Translations under genes and position numbers: made by a program
IMG/VR virus record: IMGVR_UViG_3300025087_000689
DNA from: a virus
Lineage: Duplodnaviria; Caudoviricetes
Strand: one strand, 5' to 3'
DNA length: 64,000 nucleotides
The notes under the pieces: model-generated
The model's database searches: none
The model's input: only the letters and a program-made list of their open reading frames with translations
Told to the model about the DNA's origin: nothing
Part shown: positions 45,604 through 54,620 of the stretch, piece after piece
How the letters are laid out: each line of letters begins with the position of its first letter
Numbering within the stretch: position 1 is the stretch's first letter

Positions 45604-46004
45604 GTGAAGCTGTAATTGAAGACAATCCGCTACCTTTATGGAAGTCTATACTTCTAAATGGTATAGGTATTACTGGATTAATAATGCAGATAACTATTCA
45701 AAGGGATTCAGATAGTTACTATTGGCAAAATACAACATGGGGTGTATCAGATTATATAATGCCTATGACTGAAGTTAGCCCTGTAAATAATCCTGGTTTA
45801 TACACTTGGGATACAGATACGTCTGGATTTCTAGGTACTTGGACTAGAACAGGATTTAATGTTAAATATTATGCTTCAGGAGTTATTAACTTCACCCAAT
45901 CATATTTTTCAGTAGCTTCTTATGATGATGAGTCAGACGCCCAAGATTTAAGACGTTTATTAAAGATAACTAGGAATACACTTAAAAACGTTAAAAATAA
46001 GTAA
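45591..46004 (+). CDS. Small beta-rich putative virion protein
   Basis: AAAGGT SD; track ORF. Confidence 0.65.
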   Translation: MPSLGEAVIEDNPLPLWKSILLNGIGITGLIMQITIQRDSDSYYWQNTTWGVSDYIMPMTEVSPVNNPGLYTWDTDTSGFLGTWTRTGFNVKYYASGVINFTQSYFSVASYDDESDAQDLRRLLKITRNTLKNVKNK

Positions 46005-46008
46005 CATA

Positions 46009-46037
46009 TTGAATTTAATGAAGAAATAAGGTATAAT
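46009..46037 (+). promoter_or_regulatory. Promoter TTGAAT-17-TATAAT for the tail operon
   Basis: Consensus spacing directly upstream of the 46053 gene. Confidence 0.7.
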
Positions 46038-46052
46038 ATTACAGGGTGGTGC

Positions 46053-46907
46053 ATGGCGGATCAACTAATAAAACAGATAGTCTTTGACATTGAAAATCCT
46101 ATCCGCCGCATGTGGATTAAGGAACAAGGCTCTGATAGATTAATTAGTCTCGGTCAGATCCAGACTATCAACGAATTAGTCAGGGTTATGTGGCAAGCCC
46201 TTCAAATACATAGACCTACATTAGTTTTCGAACCAGCATATCCAACCTACATTTTGGATAAAGCGGATGCTGATATCAAGTTAGCTGGTGCTCCAGCTCC
46301 TGCTATTCCAGATGAGATAATTACATGGAATGTAATTAGACGAGCTCCAGGTAGTATAGATCATACCGCTTTTGCTAAATCGCGGGAAATAAGACCCCGG
46401 ATGCGTGAAGAGATGGTTTACGATATAGTTAAGAATATAGATAATGGCGAACCTGAAATGCAAGAAGGGCCAGGTCAAGTAGGTCCAGATAAAGAATTAT
46501 CGCGGGTTGTAGGAAGACAAATTGAAGGACAATGGTTTGATAACCTAATCCAGTTTGACATTTGGAGCAGGGATAATCATAAAGCTGAAATGTTATGTGA
46601 TTATCTAGAAAACTTTATGCATGACTTCCATGGCATGTTCATAGAGTTAGGTGTTAATAAGATGCATTTCCATTCTAGGTTAAGGGACGAATTTCTCTTA
46701 AAATGGAGAAATGGCTTATGTAATCGCAGTATCATATTTTACGTGAGAACTGAAACTGTAAGATCTGGTGCTGTGAGAGAAATAAGGAAAATTCACGTTA
46801 ACGCTGAGATAAGAACCTATCTCGAAGATATTGGTAAGACCGGACTTGGTGCGTTTATAGAGTCTGGTCGTAACATGATCATCGATAAATGGGTCAAACC
46901 TCAGTAA
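46053..46907 (+). CDS. Tail terminator or tail completion protein (putative)
   Basis: WFDNLIQFDIWS....AE.L...E.FM motif; immediately before the sheath gene. Confidence 0.55.
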   Translation: MADQLIKQIVFDIENPIRRMWIKEQGSDRLISLGQIQTINELVRVMWQALQIHRPTLVFEPAYPTYILDKADADIKLAGAPAPAIPDEIITWNVIRRAPGSIDHTAFAKSREIRPRMREEMVYDIVKNIDNGEPEMQEGPGQVGPDKELSRVVGRQIEGQWFDNLIQFDIWSRDNHKAEMLCDYLENFMHDFHGMFIELGVNKMHFHSRLRDEFLLKWRNGLCNRSIIFYVRTETVRSGAVREIRKIHVNAEIRTYLEDIGKTGLGAFIESGRNMIIDKWVKPQ

Positions 46908-46924
46908 AATTAAGGAGGTTCTAG

Positions 46925-49795
46925 ATGGCTCTTCCTGGAGTAACATCAGACATTAGAGATTATGGTCTGCAGGTGTCACCTGAGCCCCAAGTAAGAAATG
47001 ATAGTATTCTAATCATCGGCACAGCCGCTGACGGCCCGATGTACGAACCAATCCCACTTTCGAGCAAAGACGTTGCTCAAAAGGTTTTCGGTTCTTTTAA
47101 CGCCGGTACTCTTGTTCGTGGAGTGTTCGAAGCAATCGACGCTACCCTAGAGGGAACCCCAGACGTTAGAGGTATGCGAATTGGTGATGGAAAGAAAGCG
47201 AAACTCGAAATCGCGGAAAGACTATCAACTTCAGCTTACTGGGACGCGGTAACAACTGGAACTACATCTCTTAAATTAGAAGCTGTTTATGCTGGTTCTA
47301 AGTATAACGCTGTCTCTGTCTTCATAGATGAAGAAAAGATGATCAACGTTTATAACCCAAAAACCGGTCTTTATAGCCGTTTTAGTTATGACGACACAAA
47401 TCCTTATAATTCATTAGTTGATGCTCGTAACGTTCGTGAACTTGCAGAAGTGATCAATAGTGATCCTAATATAAGTTCTGTCGTGGTAGCATCCACTTCT
47501 GGAGTACAGGCTACTTTCGAAGTTCTAGTAAATTCAGCGAGTAACGGCGTTTCAAACGCTGGTGGTACTAAAGCACAGTTTGATCTAAAAAAGATGCTTT
47601 CTGGTTATGCTATTGCCACCCCTGGTGACGTTCTTCCTACTGGTTATATCTTCGAAGCAGAAGTATCGAATACAGCTGGCAATCTTATCGATAATCTAGA
47701 GGAGGTTTTCTCTATTTCTGTATCGACTCCAACACTCTTCGAAGTGAAAGGAACAACGACCGCAGAATTACTATTGACTCCTTTTGATGGTAAGGGTGAT
47801 TCCCGTTTTGATACAATACAAGCTATGGAAGATTACGACGATGATAACTTCTACTTCGTAACACCTTCTGGTAGTAATGTAGTATCTGAATATATGAATC
47901 TGTTAGATAGAGAAGTATTGCCGGATGTTACAACAGCTGTCAGTATTACTGGTTGGGTTGGTGAATTTGCTGCAAAAGGTTTTCAACTTCCACCTGATGA
48001 CAGTCAAGAAACACTTGTTAGTGGACACGCCAATTATAGCCAGACTGTCACTACAGCTTATGGAACAGGTAATACAGCTGATGTAAGTGGTAATCATGCA
48101 TGTATGGCTCTTGCCGCTGCTAGAGCTGTAAGTGGTTATTATGTTCCTAGAGGATACGTCTATACGGATGTATCAGGAATACCTGCTACAATCGCAGATT
48201 ATGTTAGAATAACGGCCAGTGGTATTGAGTCTTATCTTGATTATCCTGGCAAGGTTATTATAGCTGTATCAAGTACTGGTGGCACATCTGATTCTGAGTG
48301 GACTACACTTCTTTATCATACTGTCTCTGGTATTTATTGCAGTGGTTTTGTATATGATACTGTAACAGGTACTGGCACATTAAGTCTTGCAATCGGTAAT
48401 CAAGCTCTTAATTATTCTGGAAGTAACAGTCTAATTAGTGCTGGTCTTATTACTGCTTCTGGTATGGTTGTGGCTGATAAGTATCTACGTATTAGTTGTA
48501 ATACGATTAAAGGTTTCTTAAGTGAAGCTGAAACATTACCTAACCTACAAGCTGCTAATTCGGATTGGACAACTTACTTTGTAAGAGGGCAACAACTTTT
48601 ATTCTCGGATACAGTTCCTTTTGATATTATTGTCAATTATGGCACTAAAGTCAATTACGAACCAAATTCAGATATTGTTGTTACAGATCCTACACTCGGT
48701 ATTCTGAAAATCGTTAGTGATACTCAACCTGGACCTGGTGGAGAAGTTTTAGATGGTACAAAGAAATCAGTTATTGGTTTTAAGTACAAATATCTGCCTC
48801 AGTTTCCTGCAATCACTACAGCTGCTCAGTCTCTTGAAGGTGGAACAGATGGAACAAAGTTGAATAATGCTAAGTTGTATGATGAATTCGCAACAACTTA
48901 TGACGCTCTTGAGAACTATGAAGCTCGGGTTGTGGTACCTATGGGTGCTTTTATCGATTCTGAGAAAGATAGTTATAATTCCATCACAGGTTTACCTGAG
49001 AGAGTTAATGCCCAGTTCCAAGTACAACTGAAAAATTACTTGAAGAAAGTATCAGTTAATACTAGAGAAACTATCGGTGTTATGGGTTCTGTCCCTGCTC
49101 CAGGAACAACACTACTTGAAGTTAAACGGTTTGTAGATCGTCTATCGGTTCAGGATCTTAATGATCCAAATCGCGGTGCGAATATTATGCCTCTTCTGGA
49201 TGCGTTTCATATTAACGTATGTACGTTTGAACCTGTATTTGATAACCTTGGTGGGTTACCTTATACAGCTAATGGACAAGCTTCGTATGCTGGTATGATT
49301 TCAAGTCTTGATGCTCATCAGTCACCAACAAACAAGTCTATACCAAATGCTCTACGTATGCGGTATGATCTGTCTAATGCCCAACTGGAAGCTCTCCAGG
49401 GTATGCGTATGGTTGCTATGAGAAAGAAACCTGGGCGTAATCCTGTTGTATGTGATGCTATGACAGCTGCAGCGGCTGGTTCTGATTTTGTTCGTCTAAC
49501 TACTGTTCGTATTACTTTCGAGGCGATGGATGTCGTTCGTAAAGTATGTGATCCGTTTATTGGACAACCTAATACAGCGGCTAAGAGAAATGCGATGGAA
49601 GCTGCGATCACGAAGGGATTGTCTGCATTGGTTGATCTTGGTGCACTAAGAAAGTATGCGTTCACTGTATCTTCATCTGTTACACAACAGGTGCTTGGTA
49701 TTGTCGATATTGAACTGGTATTAGTACCTGTGTTCGAGATTAGAACAATTAGAACAGTCGTTAAACTTCGGACTGAAATTCCGTCAAACGGATAA
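46925..49795 (+). CDS. Tail sheath protein with large central insertion
   Basis: LPGV N-terminus, IIGTA.DGP..EP, L.GG.DG, SPTNK.IP, D.MT, RLTTVRI, FIG.PN, P.FE..I C-terminus. Confidence 0.92.
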   Translation: MALPGVTSDIRDYGLQVSPEPQVRNDSILIIGTAADGPMYEPIPLSSKDVAQKVFGSFNAGTLVRGVFEAIDATLEGTPDVRGMRIGDGKKAKLEIAERLSTSAYWDAVTTGTTSLKLEAVYAGSKYNAVSVFIDEEKMINVYNPKTGLYSRFSYDDTNPYNSLVDARNVRELAEVINSDPNISSVVVASTSGVQATFEVLVNSASNGVSNAGGTKAQFDLKKMLSGYAIATPGDVLPTGYIFEAEVSNTAGNLIDNLEEVFSISVSTPTLFEVKGTTTAELLLTPFDGKGDSRFDTIQAMEDYDDDNFYFVTPSGSNVVSEYMNLLDREVLPDVTTAVSITGWVGEFAAKGFQLPPDDSQETLVSGHANYSQTVTTAYGTGNTADVSGNHACMALAAARAVSGYYVPRGYVYTDVSGIPATIADYVRITASGIESYLDYPGKVIIAVSSTGGTSDSEWTTLLYHTVSGIYCSGFVYDTVTGTGTLSLAIGNQALNYSGSNSLISAGLITASGMVVADKYLRISCNTIKGFLSEAETLPNLQAANSDWTTYFVRGQQLLFSDTVPFDIIVNYGTKVNYEPNSDIVVTDPTLGILKIVSDTQPGPGGEVLDGTKKSVIGFKYKYLPQFPAITTAAQSLEGGTDGTKLNNAKLYDEFATTYDALENYEARVVVPMGAFIDSEKDSYNSITGLPERVNAQFQVQLKNYLKKVSVNTRETIGVMGSVPAPGTTLLEVKRFVDRLSVQDLNDPNRGANIMPLLDAFHINVCTFEPVFDNLGGLPYTANGQASYAGMISSLDAHQSPTNKSIPNALRMRYDLSNAQLEALQGMRMVAMRKKPGRNPVVCDAMTAAAAGSDFVRLTTVRITFEAMDVVRKVCDPFIGQPNTAAKRNAMEAAITKGLSALVDLGALRKYAFTVSSSVTQQVLGIVDIELVLVPVFEIRTIRTVVKLRTEIPSNG

Positions 49796-49806
49796 GGGAG
49801 GTATAA

Positions 49807-50487
49807 ATGGCTATTCTAAGTGAAAAAGTAACACAAACATATACTTCAATGTCGGGTTGTGATATTCAAGCTTTCATAGAGAGTGCCCTGCTTGGAAACA
49901 TCCAGGGTGTCTCTTTCTCTATAACAAGAGAAAAGGCTCCTATCTATGTTATGGGTCATGCTGATCCTGTATCATTCTCACGCGGTAAGCGTGGTATCGC
50001 AGGTTCTCTGATCTTTACTAACTTTGATAGAGAAGCACTCTACGATGTAAAGAAAAGTAGCACACTTGATCTGATGTATTATAAGAAAAACTTTGATATT
50101 GCAGCTGGTGGAAGATCTTACGATCTTCTAAATACATCTGGTATTGAAGCTTCCAAATCTCTTGAGGGTGCAAGAGCTGTAGCAAACTACAGTGATCAGC
50201 TCCCTCCTTTCTCAATCGTGCTTACCGGTGCGAATGAGTATGGTTCGACTATGTGGATGGCGATCCTTGGATGCGAACTTCTGAATGAAGGTGCAGGTCT
50301 TTCAATTGACGATATCGTTAATGAAACACAGATGACCTTCGTTGCAAGAGGTGTCATTCCTTGGCAACCTAAGACAACGAATCAGGATTGGAATCAGCTT
50401 ACTGAATCAGCACTGAATAAGTTTGCAAATACAGAAGCGTCGAGATCTATCGACAACTTCGAGTTAGTAAATGCACAGAATGCGTAA
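49807..50487 (+). CDS. Tail tube protein
   Basis: SGCDI, REKAPIYVMG..PVSFSRGKRGIAGSLIF, LPPF.I, E..G.SIDD; follows sheath. Confidence 0.8.
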   Translation: MAILSEKVTQTYTSMSGCDIQAFIESALLGNIQGVSFSITREKAPIYVMGHADPVSFSRGKRGIAGSLIFTNFDREALYDVKKSSTLDLMYYKKNFDIAAGGRSYDLLNTSGIEASKSLEGARAVANYSDQLPPFSIVLTGANEYGSTMWMAILGCELLNEGAGLSIDDIVNETQMTFVARGVIPWQPKTTNQDWNQLTESALNKFANTEASRSIDNFELVNAQNA

Positions 50488-50496
50488 TTAAGGGTT

Positions 50497-50532
50497 AGTA
50501 GAGGGGTATTACAACCCCTCTACTCTCTTTTT
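50497..50532 (+). terminator. Intrinsic terminator after the tube gene
   Basis: AGTAGAGGGG / CCCCTCTACT 10-bp stem plus T-rich tail. Confidence 0.7.
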
Positions 50533-50534
50533 CT

Positions 50535-51929
50535 ATGGCTAGTACTATCTATAAGACTAATCCGACACCTGAAGAAATTGAGCGTATTACAGCTGAACAC
50601 GAAGCAGCTAAAGCAAAACAAGAAAAAGCTTCTTACGGGGATGATGGTGCTGGTCTTTTTAATTTAGCTGATGAACCCACACCATTTTATGGGTTTACTG
50701 AAAATGAATGGTTAGGATTCTCCGAAACATATAGACGTGGAGTTAGAGACTGGGCTCATGAACAAGCTAGTGTATCTATAACTGCACATGAAGCACAAGC
50801 GTGGACTGATTATATATCTGGTGTGGATTCACCAGCTGTTTTAGACGCGATTTTTGGTCGTTCTTATAAATATAAAGCATTCTTTCAGAATGTTAGAGAT
50901 GCGGGTAATAGAGATCACTTCCAAGTCGCAGAAAATGAACGTAATGCTATAACAGGTGCCAAAGGTTATATTAATCCGGGCAGTATAGCCAATCTAAGTG
51001 ATCTTCAAACCAAACTAGTAAGAGACAGTAATTCATATTCTGGTTGTGATATCACTGCGTCTCTTACAATCGGTGGAAAGACCTTTGTACTAGGTAATCT
51101 TAGTACTATCACATATAGTATTCATAGAGACAAAGTTCCTGTTAGAACACTAGGTAGAACATATGCCAAATCGTATGTATCTGGTGCAGCTACCATCGCC
51201 GGTACTTTAATCTTTACTGTCTTTGATACTCATGTTCTTGATGCTGTAAGACAAGAAGTAGTATCAGAAGTTCAAGCTGCGAGAGGACAAAGTTCTCCAT
51301 TAACACAACAATTACCACCATTTGATGTTACTATTTTCTATCGGAATGAGTATGGTCATGCATCATACATGAGAATCTATGGTATAGAAATTACAGATGA
51401 GGCACAAGGTCATAGTATAAATGATATCTATACTGAGAATCAAATGCAATATGTTGCGAGGGATATCGATCTAATGTGTAAAGTAGGTTCTCAGTTTACA
51501 CCTCAAGCATTAGCTGCTGGTAATAATACTATGTTTACTCAGAGGAATCTATCTACCCCAGCATTTAAATTACAACATCTACAATACAATGAGAATCGTA
51601 TCGGTGAGTTACAGATCGATCTCGCCAGAATGAATAATGAAATTAATGTCCTGGGTTCTAGACTTGCAGAATTGGCGAAGTCCACTCCATCAGCTGAAGT
51701 AACTAATTTAACTGCCGCGTATACAATACAGAAGGCAAATCTGACGAGTGAAGCAGCAAAAAAATTATCAGAGATAACCAATCTACAAAAAGATAATTCA
51801 AAACTAACTTCAAGTGAATCTGATATAGATGAAGCTGCTGTTAGATATGGTTCTAATTTCTCATCTGGAAGAGATGATCCATATGCTCTCTCTAGAGGAC
51901 CTCTATTACAAGTTAAACCAGGGAACTAA
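50535..51929 (+). CDS. Tube-fold paralogue (tube initiator or baseplate candidate)
   Basis: SGCDI, RDKVPVRTLG, IAGTLIF, LPPFD, E....SIND shared with the tube; extra N-terminus and coiled-coil C-terminus. Confidence 0.7.
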   Translation: MASTIYKTNPTPEEIERITAEHEAAKAKQEKASYGDDGAGLFNLADEPTPFYGFTENEWLGFSETYRRGVRDWAHEQASVSITAHEAQAWTDYISGVDSPAVLDAIFGRSYKYKAFFQNVRDAGNRDHFQVAENERNAITGAKGYINPGSIANLSDLQTKLVRDSNSYSGCDITASLTIGGKTFVLGNLSTITYSIHRDKVPVRTLGRTYAKSYVSGAATIAGTLIFTVFDTHVLDAVRQEVVSEVQAARGQSSPLTQQLPPFDVTIFYRNEYGHASYMRIYGIEITDEAQGHSINDIYTENQMQYVARDIDLMCKVGSQFTPQALAAGNNTMFTQRNLSTPAFKLQHLQYNENRIGELQIDLARMNNEINVLGSRLAELAKSTPSAEVTNLTAAYTIQKANLTSEAAKKLSEITNLQKDNSKLTSSESDIDEAAVRYGSNFSSGRDDPYALSRGPLLQVKPGN

Positions 51930-51951
51930 TAACTTATTGATATCTCAGTAG

Positions 51952-51981
51952 ATAGACACTATATAGGTGTCTATTTTTGTT
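51952..51981 (+). terminator. Intrinsic terminator
   Basis: ATAGACAC / GTGTCTAT stem followed by TTTTGTT. Confidence 0.65.
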
Positions 51982-52010
51982 TGGAATGATATACGATAAT
52001 AAAGTATAAT
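51982..52010 (+). promoter_or_regulatory. Promoter TGGAAT-17-TATAAT
   Basis: Same hexamers and spacing as the 11425 promoter. Confidence 0.7.
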
Positions 52011-52017
52011 ATAGTAT

Positions 52018-52122
52018 ATGAGTACTAAGTTCTGTAAATACTGCAATCAGGAGTTTGAGTTGGACTCTGGTCATTGGTCCATAGAAAATCGTCTTTATAA
52101 AGGTAATAGGTATATAAAATAA
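52018..52122 (+). pseudogene. 34-aa leader ORF, probably the N-terminus of a lost zinc-ribbon endonuclease
   Basis: MSTKFCKYCNQEFELDSGHWSIENRLYKGNRYIK; TAATG-coupled to the next gene. Confidence 0.5.
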
Positions 52123-53621
52123 TGAGTAAGCAACGTGTCAACTTTTCTACCTACCCACAAGATTATTTCTGCGGGGCTCAAGTTCGTATTTATTTTGGTT
52201 CTATTTACGTTGATGATATTGCCACAATTCAATACCAAACATCACATAGTAAGACACCTTTATATGGATATGGTGACCATCAGTTCAGGACAATAGCTAA
52301 AGGACAGTTATTAGTTCGTGGAAGCTTTACTATCGCTTTTAAAGAGACAGGTTACTTATATTCTATTATACAGTTAATGCGTGCAGATAAAGCTGGACTT
52401 GAGTTAATTAGCAAATCAAAGGATTCCTTTGAAACTTATATGAAGTATATAGGAAATGGATTAACACCTGAACAAGCTTTAGATTATACTGCTAATAATA
52501 AAACAACTAATCAAGTTTTTGGAACTGATTTCAAAGATAGTGCAGATTTTGAAGATATATCTGAGGTATTAGAAGATGCGATCTGGGGTAAACCTGGAAC
52601 ACCTGCTTTCTTACAATCAAGAATACCACGATCCGATGAATTAGATTACCTAAAATACACTCAAGCACTTAAGACTAGTTCCGATATAGATAGAGATGGA
52701 TTTGATATACTTCTAACGTTTGGAAGTTATAGAGAAGGTATAGACACTCCCGATCATACAATAGTATCTATTAATGATGTACATATAACAGGTGAATCAA
52801 TGGTTGTTTCTCCTAGTGCTGAACCTATTGGATTAACTTGTGAGTTCTTCGCCCGTGGTATTAATGAACGGATATCTAATGCTTTTCCAGTAGCTGATGT
52901 AAAAGTAGCTGAGGCCGCTAAAGAAGAAGCTAAGGCAGAACCAGAGAAAGCGGCTGAAGAGATTGAAAGTAAGAAAGATGACACTCCACAACAGACGGAA
53001 GAACCGAATCCTAATATGCAAGGACCTCCAAATCTACCTGGATCTTATACACCTTCATCTACTATGGATATTTGTCCTGATCCTAATGATGATAACACAC
53101 AAGTTGTTCCTACTTCTACAACTGAAATGTATGGTCCATCCGTCCCGCTGCCAATACAAAATACAGGAATACTTGGCCCTACTAATGAACAAATTAAAGA
53201 ATACATTAAAACAAAGAAAAGATTAGAAAAAGATAAACAAGTACAAGAGATTCTAGATAAGGAAGAAACCGTAGTTCCTGTTTCACCATCATTAAAATCA
53301 ACTCCATTACCTAAATTATCAGGTAAAGATTTTATGGTCGGTCCTTTAAAAGGTAATAAGAATGCTATATTTAGTAAGGCTAAAATAGCATCTAAAGATT
53401 ATAAAAGTACATTCCTTACAGCAAAACTAACTCTATCGGGTAGTCCAGATAGAGGCAATATACATGGAAAAGCAAGTCCGAGAGGTCCTTGGCCTTGGCT
53501 AGATATAGAAGCCGATTATACTTTATACAACGAAAATACACTGGTGTTTACCAATGTTCAAACTAAGATACCAATATCTACGCTAAAGTCAGCAATGAAT
53601 GATTTTTTTAGTAAACTTTAA
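52122..53621 (+). CDS. Second tube-fold paralogue with Pro-rich linker and C-terminal domain
   Basis: YFCGAQV..YF, K.PLYGY, V.GSF.I; FDI...FG; I.DVHITG. Confidence 0.6.
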   Translation: MSKQRVNFSTYPQDYFCGAQVRIYFGSIYVDDIATIQYQTSHSKTPLYGYGDHQFRTIAKGQLLVRGSFTIAFKETGYLYSIIQLMRADKAGLELISKSKDSFETYMKYIGNGLTPEQALDYTANNKTTNQVFGTDFKDSADFEDISEVLEDAIWGKPGTPAFLQSRIPRSDELDYLKYTQALKTSSDIDRDGFDILLTFGSYREGIDTPDHTIVSINDVHITGESMVVSPSAEPIGLTCEFFARGINERISNAFPVADVKVAEAAKEEAKAEPEKAAEEIESKKDDTPQQTEEPNPNMQGPPNLPGSYTPSSTMDICPDPNDDNTQVVPTSTTEMYGPSVPLPIQNTGILGPTNEQIKEYIKTKKRLEKDKQVQEILDKEETVVPVSPSLKSTPLPKLSGKDFMVGPLKGNKNAIFSKAKIASKDYKSTFLTAKLTLSGSPDRGNIHGKASPRGPWPWLDIEADYTLYNENTLVFTNVQTKIPISTLKSAMNDFFSKL

Positions 53622-53634
53622 ATAGGAGGAAAGA

Positions 53635-53946
53635 ATGTCTGAAGTAACAAAAGAAATGATCGATGGTTGGAAAGCAAAGTATGGAAGAGTCGCTAAACTA
53701 TCTCTTGGCGGCATTGAGTGGTATTATCGTCCAATAAATTTGGAAGAGTATTATGCCGTTCAAGAATTAGCAAATACTACAGAAGGTAAATCTGAAGCAG
53801 TGGGTCAGGAACAAATCATCCGAGTAGCGGTATTATCTCCAGTAGTAACTGAAAATATACCAGCTGGTGTAACACTTAAGATGTCAGATGAGATACTAAA
53901 ACTGTCAGGATTCGTATCTGAAGAAATTAAACCAGAAGAGTTATAA
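53635..53946 (+). CDS. Tail assembly chaperone
   Basis: I..WKAKYG, YYRPI..EY, PAGV...SD.I...SGF; AGGAGG SD; position. Confidence 0.7.
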   Translation: MSEVTKEMIDGWKAKYGRVAKLSLGGIEWYYRPINLEEYYAVQELANTTEGKSEAVGQEQIIRVAVLSPVVTENIPAGVTLKMSDEILKLSGFVSEEIKPEEL

Positions 53947-54620
53947 TGAAAAACATTCCTTTAGGGGAATGGAAGGCTAAATATGGCAGGATCTTTAAAG
54001 TCCGGATAGAAGAGAAGGAAATATATTTCCGACTTTTAAATGCGGGCGAAATTGAGATTTGCAAAAAAACACCGAAAACAATAAGCAAATTAATAGATTC
54101 TGTTATACTTAATAATGAGTCGTTGAGTTCTACTGGTTCAAAGTACAAACTCAGCGACTTTATTATTAGAAATAGTTTTCCTAGTACCGACGATCAATTG
54201 AAGGAGAAAATCCTTCACCATAGATATAAAGTCAAAGATGACTTCACACTTAACTTAATAGCTAAGTTATGTAGTGTCTACGTCTCTTATACCCCCGATG
54301 ACCTAAAATCCAAAACTATAGATCAGCTACTGGAACTGGTAGCCATTGCCGAAGTTATGACTGGCAAACAATTACTCAATGATAAGAAGGGTAAGAAACC
54401 AGGTGTGATGAATACTAGAAGAGACACACAGGAACGAGATGAATCAAAATTTGCCAAACCCCCAGTAAATGAATTAATGGAAGAAACTACAAATGCTCTT
54501 CAAGCAGCTATGACAAAGTTTGGTAAAAAGGTACCGATACTTAGTGAGATTAAAGCTAAAACAAGCAAACCACTAACAGACTTACAAAGACAAATGAAAG
54601 AATTAAATAAGGCAATTTAA
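53946..54620 (+). CDS. Second tail assembly chaperone-like protein
   Basis: WKAKYG...YFR.L repeated from the preceding gene (paralogue). Confidence 0.6.
   Translation: MKNIPLGEWKAKYGRIFKVRIEEKEIYFRLLNAGEIEICKKTPKTISKLIDSVILNNESLSSTGSKYKLSDFIIRNSFPSTDDQLKEKILHHRYKVKDDFTLNLIAKLCSVYVSYTPDDLKSKTIDQLLELVAIAEVMTGKQLLNDKKGKKPGVMNTRRDTQERDESKFAKPPVNELMEETTNALQAAMTKFGKKVPILSEIKAKTSKPLTDLQRQMKELNKAI

Noticed and set aside
53920-53960. Programmed -1 frameshift between the tail chaperones
   Set aside because: No X XXY YYZ slippery site at the junction; the second gene has its own coupled ATG and is a paralogue
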